Assembly (NCBI GenBank): GCA_964016885.1
Contig: OZ024744.1
Location: forward strand, 6,262,001 to 6,326,000
Length of the DNA: 64,000 bases
DNA from: Eledone cirrhosa
Lineage: Eukaryota
Direction of reading: 5' to 3'
The notes below the pieces were generated by a model. The model was given only the letters and a program-made list of their open reading frames with translations. It was not told where the DNA came from and made no database searches. The stretch's first letter is position 1; each line of letters starts with the position of its first letter. The translations under genes and the position numbers were made by a program. Below are positions 1 through 11,625 of the stretch, in pieces.

Positions 1-240
1 CGTTTATAACTTAATTATGGAATATTTACTGCAAGTTGTCTCACGGGACATATGTTTTGGTGTCTATTCACCTCGTCAGCCTCTGTTCAACTAACGATAG
101 TTACTCGTTTATTCAAACAGTATACAGCAGTTGTTAACACCACGAATAGTTAGTATGTACAACGACTACAAACGGACAAATGACTGAGGGACTCACTTTA
201 TATGCCACCAAAATAATTCTTTGAAACAACTATATCAACT

Positions 241-693
241 CCAGTATTTAACTGGTACTTTATTTATCAACCCAAAAATGATGAAAGGAAATGTTGACCT
301 CGCCACCACCACCAACACCTCCACCAACAACAACAACACCGTCACCATCACCACCATTACCATTACCAGCAACATCACCACCAGTGTCACCATCAGCAAC
401 AACAGCAACTCCACCAGAACCACCAACATCACCAGCACCACCACCAACAACGCCAGCACCACCAGCACCACCACTACCACTACCACCACCACCACCACCA
501 CCACCACCACGACCACCACTACCACCACTACCACCACCAGCATCACCATCAACAACAACACCAACAGTACCACCAACATCACAACGACCACCACCACCAC
601 CACCACCACCACCACTCAGAACGTAAAAGGTCGTAACTAAATACCACAAAGCATTTTCTCCAACGCTCTATCGATACTGCAATTCCACCACCC
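241..693 (-). mobile_element. Deu/Nin-domain tRNA-derived SINE, split by a (CAC/CAA)n expansion
   Basis: 241-304 (ccagtatttaactggtactttatttatcaaccc...atgaaaggaaatgttgacctcgcc) and 613-693 (actcagaacgtaaaagg...gcattttctccaacgctctatcgatactgc) are consecutive parts of the reverse complement of the SINE at 19401-19547. Confidence 0.8.
303..614. repeat. Degenerate (CAC/CAA)n trinucleotide microsatellite
   Basis: Seen directly; it produces the poly-T/P/V/G ORFs in the track. Confidence 0.97.
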
Positions 694-739
694 TAACACA
701 TCCGAGATAATAATCAACTATTTGTTTAGTAATTGTGAA

Positions 740-870
740 TAAAGATTGCACTTCCTTGGTTCACATTTTACCAACTGTGGCTTGCGCCGGAGTTCAGTTT
801 TGTTCTCCACACCCTTCCTTTTATCCATCAATGACGCTCATACAGTCACCTTCAACAAGTCCACTCTTAC
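740..870 (+). pseudogene. Highly decayed non-LTR (CR1/Jockey-like) RT remnant
   Basis: From ~779 translates GLRRSSVLFSTPFLLSIND, resembling the RT motif GVPQGSVLSPTLFLLFIND; no YADD is retained. Confidence 0.4.
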
Positions 871-1361
871 TATCAGCTTTGTTTAGGCTCAGTAGTTGCG
901 GGTGATATGAAGCAATTTCCAGATATCAGGAGAATAGATATTTTTTCAGATGAAATATTTGCTATGAGGAAGAAGCTTGCCCCTTTGTAATGGTGAATGG
1001 CTGACATTTGAATAAATATAAAGATGCTGGCAGTGAGCTACTGAGGATTATGTGGGGGAGGTGAAGTGATTTGATATTTTCTTGATATGTGTAGTGATGT
1101 GAGGTTGGTATAGACAGAACTAACATGAAACCATTGAAAGATACTGTTGACGTCCCGGTTGGTAGAACTAGAGTAGACTTTTGCGAGGAGTTCAGGCAGG
1201 TTCCATGTATATTACACTAGTGTGAAGTTGGTGAAGAAGGAATGTAAGATGGTGTCTCATGTACATGAGAACGTACTTGTTGGGAGGTGGTGGCTGGTGT
1301 ATGAGGAAGAGTGTGGGGACAAATGCTAATTTAGTGCTGACCATTATTGATAGAATATAGA

Positions 1362-1413
1362 TGAGAGAGAGGGAGAAAGAGGGTGAGAGAGAGAGAGGGA
1401 GAGAGAGAGAGAG
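1362..1413. repeat. Imperfect (GA)n microsatellite
   Basis: Seen directly. Confidence 0.95.
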
Positions 1414-1502
1414 TCGGGGGGAGCAAGATGGCGGTCTGTTGGCGAAATACTGATCCAAGAAACAAGAGATGGCTGGAGTCTACAGGAGCGAAGTTTTGAT
1501 AG

Positions 1503-2298
1503 GACACAGACGTGCCAGGCACTTATGTGACAGACACAGACGTGGTAGACACAGACGTGGTAGACACAGACGTGGTAGACAGAGATGTGGTAGACACAGA
1601 CGTGGTAGACAGATACCTGGTAGACAGAGATGTGGTAGACACAGACGTGGTAGACAGAGATGTGGTAGACACAGACGTGATAGACAGAGATGTGGAGACA
1701 GAGACGTGGTAGACAGAGATGTGGAGACAGAGACGTGGTAGACAGAGATGTGGAGACAGAGACGTGGTAGAGAGAGATGTGATAGACATTGACGTGGTAG
1801 ACAGAGATGTGGTAGACACAGTTGTGGTAGACACAGACGTGGTAGACAGAGATGTGGTAGACACAGACGTGATAGACAGATACCTGGTAGGCAGAGATGT
1901 GGTAGAGAGAGATGTGGTAGACAGTGACGTGGTGACACGACGTGGTAGATAGAAATGTGGTAGACACAGACGTGGTAGACACAGACGTGGTAGACACAGA
2001 CGTGGTAGACAGATACCTGGTAGACAGAGATGTGGTAGACAGAGATGTGATAGACAGAGATGTGGTAGACACTGACGTGGTAGAGAGATGTGATAGACAC
2101 TGACGTGGTAGGCAGAGACGTGGTAGACAGAGATGTGGTAGACAGAGATGTGGTAGACAGAGATGTGATAGACACAGATGTGGTAGACAGAGACGTGGTA
2201 GAGAGAGATGTGGTAGACAGTGACGTGGTAGACAGAGATGTGGTAGACAGATGTGATAGACAGATACGTAGTAGACAGAGACGTGATAGACAGAGATG
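1503..2298. repeat. 15-bp minisatellite GTGGTAGACA(C/G)AGA(C/T), left block
   Basis: About 50 tandem units, with 13- and 11-bp variants. Confidence 0.97.
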
Positions 2299-2335
2299 TT
2301 TTTACTTTTCCTTGTAAACCGCCTATTGTCTAGCC

Positions 2336-3122
2336 ATGAATACCCCACACTTGCCTGCATTTACTGGGAATCCGAAGCTGTGGTTTGCTCAGCTTCAGGC
2401 ATATTTTACCTCTGCAGAACCGAGCCTGAACACCGGCTCGCCGTATTAATTAGCGGATTGCATCCTAATTTGGCGGATTCGGTTCATGATTTAATAACCG
2501 ACCCCCCGCTGACATTACCTATGACTCCTTGCGTATGAAGATTTTATGAAGGAATAGTAATTCGGCGGAAAGTCGTTTTCGTATGATGATCGAGGATGAA
2601 CGTTTAGGCGAGCGGACGCCTACCGCCTTTTTGCGTCATTTGCGGGGATTGAGTGATTCCCAGGGTCAGGATAGCTCCTTCCTGAAACAACTCTTCTCTC
2701 GCCTCCCTCAGGAGGTGCAAGCGATACTTGTCAATATGGTGGACGTTAGTTCATTGGACGACATTGCCGACTCCGCCGACAAAATCGTGGAGGTTACGAA
2801 GCGAGACACTTCGAAACAACTATATGTTGCTTCCTCTTCTGTTGCCTCCTCTTCTGTTGACCAGCAACACTTACCATCACGCGAGGAGAAGGTGCTCGAA
2901 ACAATGGAAGCACTGACTCGCCAACTATCAGAGTTGTGTAAGGAACTCAAATCATCTGGACGGCATAGGAGTCGTTCCCGTTCATTTTCAACTCCTCGCC
3001 GCCATAGCCGTTCCGGACCGACCACTTCACCTTTTTGTTGGTATCACGAGACTTACGGCGATAAAGCCGCACATTGCAGAGCTTCTTGTACTTTTAAGGA
3101 AAACGGCACCCAGAGTCACTGA
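2336..3122 (+). pseudogene. gag: gag (frameshifted)
   Basis: ATG 2336 gives MNTPHLPAFTGNPKLWFAQLQAYF. ORF 2583-3122 has LGERTPTAFLRHLR and the C-x2-H-x9-C-x3-C motif CWYHETYGDKAAHCRASC, typical of CsRn1-clade gag. Confidence 0.9.
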
Positions 3123-6100
3123 TAGCGGATAGTGCACTCTGTGACATATCGCCCAGCCGTCATTTCTTTATTGAGGACCTATTATCTGGTAGAGCCTTTC
3201 TAGTTGACACAGGTGCCTCTTGTTCTATTTGGCCTCTGAATTGTATGAAAGAGACTCTCCCTGAGTCACCGATTGAGTTGCAGGCAGTTAATTGTTCACC
3301 GATCCGGACCTTTGGAAAAAAATCTCGCTTCCTTTGCAGTTCCGTAATCTGCGGCGCGATTTTAAATGGATTTTCACTGTCGCTGACTTGCCATATCCGA
3401 TTCTAGGCGCGGATTTTCTCCACCACTTTTCGTTGACGGTGGATCTCCGTCGCAAACGCGTAATCGACGATATAACTGGTTTGGCTAGTGTCGGCAAAGC
3501 GGCAAAAATTCCTACGCTTAGCCCGACGTTTTTTCTCGTTATCTCTGGAGATCTGTACCATGCATTGTTGAAATCGCAACAGACTCAGGGACATTTTCGA
3601 GTCGATGAGCCAAGTCATACCACGGAGCATTTCATTACCACTACCGGTGCTTCCGTGTTTTCTCGTCCCCGTCGTTTACCTCCGGACAAACTCAAAGCAG
3701 CACGATCCGAGTTTGATCATATGCTGCAGCTCGGGATTATTCGCCCATCCACGAGCCCGTGGGCGTCTCCGTTACGCATGGTACCAAAATCGTCTGGCGA
3801 TTAGAGACCCACTGGAGATTACCGGAGACTAAACTCCATGACAGAGCCGGACCGTTACCCTATCCCTCATCTGCAAGATTTTGCATCTTCGTTGCAGGGA
3901 TGCAGGATTTTTTCAGAACTTGACTTGGTAGTGCTTACAACCAGATTCCTGTCCATAGAGACGATATCCCGAAAACGGCTATAATTACTCCATTCGGATC
4001 GTTTGAATTTTTGAACATGCCTTTCGGGTTAAGGAATACTGCTAGCACCTTTCAGCGATTCATGGATGAAGTCACTTGTCGTCTCGATTTCGTCTATACA
4101 TATATCTCATTGCTAGTTCTTCTCAAGTACAACATATGCAACATTTAGATCTCCTTTTTCGCCGATTGAAGGAGTATAATGTCCGGATAAATGCATCAAA
4201 ATGTGTTTTTGGTTCTGAGTCACTAACTTTTTTGGGCCACGTCATTGATGCTGACGGTATTCGACCCCTTCCTGAGCGGGTTAAGGCTATCGAGGATTTG
4301 CCTCCACCGTCCTCACTACGTCAGTTACGCCAGTTCTTGGGACTGATGAATTTTTATAGGCGTTTTGTGCCTAATTGTGCAAAGCTACTCTTTTCTCTGA
4401 CCGAAATTTTAAAGAATTGTCGAAAGAAGAACAAAGACATTTCTTTGAACGACACTCAACTCGAGGATTTTCAACATGCCAAGACCCTTTTGGCTAATAC
4501 ATCTTTGCTCGCTCACCCGATACCCGGTGCTAAGCTTTCGCTTTGTGTTGATGCATCGGATGTCGCCGTGGGCGCAGTTTTGCAACAGAATAGCAATGGT
4601 TATCAGCAACCATTGGAATTTTTTTCCAGGAAGCTGAAACCTGCTGAGACCCGCTACAGCACCTTTGGACGGGAGCTGTTAGCCATTTACTTAGCTGTGA
4701 AACATTTTTCACACACGCTCGAGGATAGAACATTCACTATTCTTACTGACCATAAACCATTAACTTTGGCATTGAGAGCGAAAGCAGACAAATACTCACC
4801 TAGAGAAACTAGACATCTTGATCTCATCTCTCAGTTTACGAATGACATTCAACATATTCCGGGTTCTATGAATACAGCGGCCGACGCCTTGTCTCGTTTA
4901 CCAATTACTTCAATCTCGTCGCCCGATGACAGATTTGAATCACTTGGCAGCCGATCAGCCTACCCTCGAATCGTTGGATGTTACATCACCTGAATTTGTG
5001 AATTGCAGGATGAAATACCTACCTTTACCGACCGCAGACGGACGGATCCTCTGCGACGTTCTTTGGATACGCTACGCCCTTTTGTTCCGTTGAATCATCG
5101 TCGAACTGTGTTTCTTGTTTTGCACGGCATTTCACATCCTGGATCTTCTGCCACAGTAAAACTCATAACGGCTAGATTCTTCTGGCCAAATATGAGACGT
5201 GAAATTACTGTCTGGTGCCGTTCCTGTGTTGCTTGCCAGAAATCGAAAGTTCATAGACATATAAAGACTCCTCTTGGTACTTTTAGTAACCCGGACGCTC
5301 GGTTTCGCCAAATTCTTGTGGACATCGTGGGACCTTGGCCCATCAGCGGTGGTTACAATTACTTATTGACTGTAATCGATCGTTTGTCGCGATGGCCTGA
5401 AGCCATCCCTTGAGGGATATCACTGCTGAGACCACAGCGCGTACCCTTGTGTCTGGATGGATCGCTCGATATGGAGTACCAATTACGATTACAACGGACC
5501 ATGGAAGACAGTTTGAATCTAACCTCTTCCATGAATTGACAAAGATCATCCTGCCTCGAATGGAATGGTGGAGCGCTTCCACCGACAACTGAAAGCCGCT
5601 CTACGGACTTCTCCTGACTCTACGCGCTGGAGCGAGTACCTCCCTATTGTGTTGTTGGGGATTCGGTCAACAATAAAGGAGGACCTTGGGTTCTCTCCAG
5701 CCGTTTTGCTATATGGTGCTCCTCTAGCGTTACCTGGGCAAATGCTTGCCCCTGTCGATTTTGCTGAACAAGATCCGCTTTCCTACGTATCCCGTCTGCG
5801 TTCTTATTTTCAGGACCTGCCGCCGATGGATACGAGGAAGCAAACTGTACAATTTTCAGTCCCGAGGGATATTGCCTCGTGGACCCATGTGTTTGTGAGA
5901 AACGATGCCGTGAAACCACCTCTCACGCAACCATACTCTGGACCCTATCGTGTATTAGCTCGTTCCGAGAAACATTTCACTGTAGACATTAAGGGTTCCA
6001 GAGAGACGGTTTCGATTGATAGACTCAAACGAGCACATTTGGATACAGATGCTATCGCACCTGAACCACAAACGCCCCCTCTTTTTCTTTCGCACACACA

Positions 6101-6194
6101 CCTGCTGCTTCGTCGTCGCCCCCCCCCCCCCTCCCCATCACCAAGATATAAGACTACGACCCGTTCCGGTTCATTGGCCAAAAAAACTGTGTAG
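3098..6194 (+). pseudogene. pol: pol (protease, RT, RNase H, integrase), disrupted
   Basis: Protease FLVDTGA (DTGA 3206-3217). [21 protein letters not shown] (stop 3802-3804), MPFGLRN. RNase H DASDVAVGAVLQQ, RELLA, TDHKPL, ADALSR. Integrase [43 protein letters not shown]. Confidence 0.95.
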
Positions 6195-6465
6195 CACGGT
6201 ATATTTTTAAACTGCTATTGTGCGGTGCTTTAATCCTGTAGTGACTATTGGAACTTTTAGGAAATTGTAATTACATCTCATTACATTGGTTTTTTTTTTC
6301 TTTCACGTTCTTGCATGGTTTTTTAATATGTATTTTTGAAATTTGTTGTGCTCTTCGTGCTCGGTTGGGTTGATTGCTCCTTGGTTTGTGATTTTTGATG
6401 GTTGCTAATCGGTTTTTCTACATACATGATTCGATGAACCGATTTTTATTTAATTTTCTAAAATT

Positions 6466-6835
6466 CTGGTGGGAGGCCATGTAGAAGATCATGCCATCTA
6501 GCGTCGACTGTGAAGCCAGTCGATTAACTGCCCTTAGTTCTGACGTCAGTTGCTGAGACCAACACCCTCTGGTCATGGCAGCTCGTAGACCACATACGTG
6601 CTAATCCCCGTGCAGTTTTTCCACGCAGCGACATCACACCGTGCGGACGTGGCATAATACGATAATGAACCACTACCCAACCTTGGAGCACTGATGTGCT
6701 AACCAGTATTATGATTTGCTTTAATTAAAATGTTCACGTAACATAATCTTGAGGTATGTTCTTTGATGTTTAATGATGTGCCAGCAAGTAAACAATAACC
6801 AATTAGACGGGATGACCGACGACCACCCCCGCCTA
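6466..6835 (+). repeat. Polypurine-like tract and start of the 3' LTR
   Basis: ctggtgggaggcca (6466-6479) is directly followed by TGTAG at 6480. No matching ...CTACA terminus was found before the minisatellite, so the end coordinate is approximate. Confidence 0.65.
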
Positions 6836-7497
6836 AAGAGACGTGGTGTACACAGACGTGGTAGACAGTGACGTGGTAAACAGATGTGGTAGACACAGAC
6901 GTGGTAGACACAGACGTGGTAGACACAGACGTGGTAGACATAGATGTGGTAGACAGATGTGGTAGACACAGACGTGGCATACATAGATGTGGTAGACAGA
7001 TGTGGTAGACAGAGATGTGGTAGACACAGACGTGGTAGACAGATGTAGTAGACACAGACGTGGCAGACAGAGATGTGGTAGACACAGACGTGGTAGACAA
7101 AGACGTGGTAGAGGTAGACGTGGTAGACATAGATGTGGTAGACAGATGTGGTAGACAGAGACGTGGTAGACAGAATGTGGTAGACACAGACGTGGTAGAC
7201 ACAGACGTGGTAGACAGAGATGTGGTAGACACAGACGTGGTAGACAGAGATGTGGTAGACAGGGATGTAGTAGGCAGAGATGTGGTAGACACGGACGTGG
7301 TAGACACAGACGTAGTAGACAGATGTGGTAGACAGAGATGTGGTAGACAGAGACGTGGTAGACACAGACGTGGTAGACACAGACGTGGTAGACAGATGTG
7401 GTAGACAGAGACGTGGTAGACACAGACGTGGTAGACACAGACGTGGTAGACAGATGTGGTAGACAGAGACGTGGTAGACACAGATGTGTAGACAGAC
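6836..7497. repeat. 15-bp minisatellite GTGGTAGACA(C/G)AGA(C/T), right block
   Basis: Same unit and orientation as 1503-2298. Confidence 0.97.
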
Positions 7498-7654
7498 AAA
7501 AGTTTCACTGTTACCAATTTTGAGGTAAGAATCTCTGTTGAGTGACATCATAGAATATCGCCACAATTTCTGGCTTTATAGAAAACTTAGTAATTATTGT
7601 TAACAACGTTAACGTAGAAACTGGCAGAGTACACAACTGACTTTGTCTTAATTG

Positions 7655-7813
7655 GTTGTTACTGTTGTTGTTACTGTTGTTGTTGTTACTCTTGTTGTTG
7701 TTGTTACTGTTGTTGTTGTTGTTACTGTTGTTGTTGTTACTGTTGTTGTTACTGTTGTTCCTGTTGTTGTTACTGTTGTTGTTACTGTTGTTGTTACTGT
7801 TGTTGTTCCTGTT
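7655..7813. repeat. (GTT)n with periodic ACT interruptions (GTTACTGTTGTT)
   Basis: Seen directly. Confidence 0.95.
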
Positions 7814-7940
7814 CAGCCATAATCTAGCCAACAAGTCCCCCCCCCCCCATTCTCCAAATAAATAAAATAAAATTTTGAAAGATTAGAACATACCCTCTAA
7901 TTTGAACGGGTGCTATTTCTAGCATATACAACGTTCATGT

Positions 7941-7941
<1 letters not shown>

Positions 7942-8018
<77 letters not shown>

Positions 8019-8054
8019 TCTCCCCTCTCTCTCTACCTCCTCTCTCTCCCCTCT
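7942..8054. repeat. (CT)n microsatellite
   Basis: Seen directly. Confidence 0.98.
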
Positions 8055-8399
8055 ATCAGTGCTATAGTATCTGTGTAGTGTAATGGTAAATTACATAAGA
8101 GTTGATGTGCAAGATATGATTCATGGGAAAAGGTCCAACAGAAATATTAACGTTATGCACAGAAAAAGAAATCGATAATCGATATTAAAGAGATTTAAGA
8201 AGCCATCCATGGAATATAAATGGATAAAGTTAGCTGGTTAATTCCATGCTTCAAACCATTGGAAACTTACTGAATGTGTTTGTACACTACTCCCCCGCCC
8301 CTTCATACACATACACACTACTGCTCTCACACCTGCTCACATACACACACTCATGTACTCACACACAAAACACTCAGAAATAAATTACACATAAATACA

Positions 8400-8786
8400 C
8401 AACACCACGACCACATGACATGGCCACCATCAACACCACCACCACCACTACCACCACCACCATCACAACCACCACCACCACCAACAACAACACCACCACT
8501 ACCACCACCACCAACACCACGACCATCAGTACCACCACCACCACCACCACACCACCACCACCAATACCACCACCACCACCACCACCAGTACCACCACCAC
8601 CATGGCCACCACCACCAACATCACCACCACCACTACCACCACCACCACCAACAACAATACCACCACCACCATCACTATCACCACCACCACCAGTACCACC
8701 ACCACCAATACCACTACCACCACCACCACCACCACTACCATCACCACCACCATCACCACCACCACCACAACCATCACCACCACCAG
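8400..8786. repeat. Degenerate (CAC)n microsatellite fused to the PLE 5' truncation
   Basis: Seen directly; it is in frame with the PLE ORF and gives the poly-Thr start of ORF 8602-10626. Confidence 0.95.
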
Positions 8787-10626
8787 CGGAGCTAATATAG
8801 CTAGTAACTACAGGATCTTCTACTTCCTCTCAATGGTTATACGCCCCATAATCAAGATGTCCCCAGATGTATGTGACAGTACAGAGGACCTCCTCAGCAG
8901 AATCAGTGAGTGCAACAAAAACAGGAACCTATCCAACTGCATAATAGGCAGCATGGATGTGGTGTCACTGTACCCATCCATTAACATTGATTTTTCTGTG
9001 GAAATATGTGTGGAGATGATCATTGAGAGTGAGGTGGAGTTCTGCGACGTCGACACAGACGAACTGGGCCTCCTACTTAGACTTACCTACGACACTGACT
9101 ACCTAGACAGCCATAACCTTAGACGTTTCTGCCCCAGTAGAACTATAAGAGGTAGAGCCCCCACCATAAACTCAATGGCAAAAAAGACTCCCATGGGAAG
9201 GTGGATTGGGTGGACCAAAGCTATACAGACCATCCAAAACAATGATCAGGTAAGAAAAATAGTCGCACATGCAATAGAGGCTAGTATCAAAACTACCCTA
9301 AATGGCCACATATTTAAGTTCAACGAGAAGATCTACACCCAAAATGAGGGAGCAGCCATCGGCGTCAGCATAGCTGGTGATGTTGCCAACCTTTTCATGG
9401 TATGGTGGGAAAGGAGACTTAAAGATCTCCTTAATGAGAGCTCCATAGACCTCATCATGTACTCTCGTTATGTAGACGATATCAATATAGTTATAAAAGC
9501 ATGCCCACTAGAAAGCACCAACAAGTTTGATTTAGAACGTAGCACGATGGAAAGCATCCAGCAGATAGCTAATTCCATACACCAGAGTATAACTGTAACT
9601 ATCGACTTCCCTTCCAAACACCCTAACAATAGACTACCTGTATTAGACACAGAACTCTGGATTAACACTATAGACGAGAGAGCCCAAATTCTCCACTCAC
9701 ACTATGCTAAACCCATGGCCTCCAAATACCTGATACTCAAAAACTCAGCAATGTCCAGTAGTGCTAAGTTTAATATCCTGATCGCAGACTTGGTACGAGT
9801 GATGAAGAACGTGTCCCGCATGTGCGACCCAACAGAAATGGAAAGACACATCCAATACTTCATCAACCGCATGCAGTTCTCTGGCTACAACCAAAGAGAC
9901 AGAGTCAGAGTATACGAAGGAGCCATGGAAAAGTATAAGACCCTCATAGAACTGGAAATGAAAGGAATTTGCCCATTATACAGGAGCAAATCATGGAATA
10001 GCTTAGATAGGGCTAGACATAAGATAGGGAAAGCCACCTCATGGTACGACAACAAGAGATACCAGAGTGTCATGTTTGTGGACGCTACCCCTGGAGGGAA
10101 ATTAGCTAACCAGTGTAGAAAGGCCCTGAGAAAGACCCACTTAAAAATTAAGGTGGTAGAAAAGCCAGGAACCACCATAAAATCCCTGATCAGCAAAACC
10201 TACCCTTTTAAGAAAACCCACTGTACCAATAGGAAATGTATCATATGTAAGGTGAACCCCCGGATAAACTGTAAAACTAGAAACGTAGTCTATAGCATAA
10301 GATGTACAGAGGGTACTTGCAGAAACATGACAACAACATACATAGGTGAGACAGCTCGTAGCATAGGTGAAAGGATAGACCAACACTGGAGGGAACTAAA
10401 AGGACGAAAAAACGGATCAGTACTATACGAACATGCTAGACAACAACATAACGGTAACATGGACAACATAGAAATTAGAATAATATCTAAACATAGAAAT
10501 GACCCAGCAGATAGGCAAATCAGAGAGGCCAGTGAAATAGAACTTAGAAGGCCAAGACTAAACAGAAAGAATGAATGGAATAACAACAACACCCAAACAA
10601 ACAACACTGACCTAAGAGAAGTATAA
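8786..10626 (+). CDS. Penelope-like element RT + C-terminal GIY-YIG endonuclease, 5'-truncated but uninterrupted (Naiad/Neptune-like)
   Basis: RT motifs GSMDVVSLYPSI, QNEGAAIGVSIAGDVANLFM, YSRYVDD, PVLD. Cys linker CTNRKCIIC. GIY-YIG NVVYSIRCTEGTC..YIGETARS..R..H..H..H..E..LN. The long insert between RT motifs 3 and 4 favours Naiad (inference). Confidence 0.93.
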
Positions 10627-10861
10627 ATAAGTAAATAAATAAAATAAAATAAATAAATAATACATACACAAACACAATAACAACAAGCACATAAACACAC
10701 ACTAGTCACCCATCACACAGCAAACAAAACACTACACACACGCAAACGCATGCGCAAAGAAGACAAAATAAAATAAACAAACAAGCAAATAAATAAATAT
10801 ATATATAGACAGACTGAATAAAAATGGCGTAGACATATAATACAACAGGAGGAAACGATAA

Positions 10862-10901
10862 CACCACTGACGATGTTGCAGATGTGCAACGAAAGTAGTG
10901 T
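10862..10901 (+). ncRNA. Truncated minimal hammerhead ribozyme in the PLE 3' UTR
   Basis: CTGACGA (10867-73)-T-GTTGCA-gatg-TGCAAC-GAAA (10891-94); stem III and the cleavage triplet are replaced by the next PLE fragment. Confidence 0.75.
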
Positions 10902-11617
10902 ATAGCATAAGATGTACTGAAGGACAATGTAGAGACAAAAATATAGTGTACATAGGTGAGACAGCTCGTAGTGTAGGGGAACGGATAAATGAACACTGGC
11001 GAGACCTTCAAGATAGTAAAGAATCATCTGTACTCTACCAACATGCTAAAATAGAACACAAGGGTAAATTAGAGAACATAGAAATAAAAATAGAATCCAC
11101 ACACAGAAAAGACGCAATGTTTAGACAAATTACAGAAGCAATAAACATAAAAGAATTACAACCAAAATTAAATAGAAAATATGAGTGGAACAGCAACATC
11201 ACAACTTACAATTAAGGACAAAATGAAAACACACACACACACACATAGAACAAACAACCAACCAGTAACATGTAAATAAACAAATAAATAAATGAACATA
11301 AACACACACAGACACCTGAATGTGGCGCATGCGCAGACTGAGCACACAACACACACACAGAAACAAAATGGCGTAGGACAGAACAAAAGAGGGGCACAGA
11401 AACAAAGAAAGGAATCCCCAGTCACTGAAGAGGTCACAGAATGTGTGACGAAAGAACTATGACAATATATAAACAACTATCTGGTTGTGGAACCAACTAA
11501 CCAACCAGAAATTTATAAATTTATAAATTTATTATAAATTTATTATAATAAATTGAAGTGAAAGCAACTGGTGCGTGTGTTTCTTATTGGCAACATGACC
11601 CTCCCAAAGTATAACAA
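10895..11617 (+). mobile_element. Second, diverged PLE 3' fragment (GIY-YIG, 3' UTR, HHR, tail) in tandem
   Basis: VVYSIRCTEGQC..YIGETARSVGERINEHW..LNRKYEW is paralogous to the endonuclease at ~10285-10580. It ends ...atgaccctcccaaagtataaca followed by (TA)n. Confidence 0.9.
11421..11463 (+). ncRNA. Minimal type I hammerhead ribozyme
   Basis: GTCA-CTGAAGA-G-GTCACA-gaatg-TGTGAC-GAAA-gaac-TA-TGAC; stems I and II pair perfectly. Confidence 0.85.
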
Positions 11618-11625
11618 TATATATA

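Larger units (their letters stand above)
2299..6835 (+). mobile_element. Decayed Ty3/Gypsy LTR retrotransposon, CsRn1 lineage; 5' LTR absent, 3' LTR end not visible
   Basis: Domain order gag-PR-RT-RH-INT; CHCC gag motif; PPT followed by TGTAG; multiple frameshifts and stops. Confidence 0.93.

Noticed and set aside
1344-2360. Cys/His-rich or STTS ORFs (also 6699-7566) as metal-binding or mucin proteins
   Set aside because: They are translations of the 15-bp minisatellite, open in several frames on both strands.
1503-7497. CRISPR-like array
   Set aside because: The units are contiguous with no unique spacers, there are no cas genes, and the context is eukaryotic.
8602-8785. Poly-Thr N-terminus as a true part of the PLE protein
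   Set aside because: It is a chance in-frame fusion of the microsatellite to a 5'-truncated RT.
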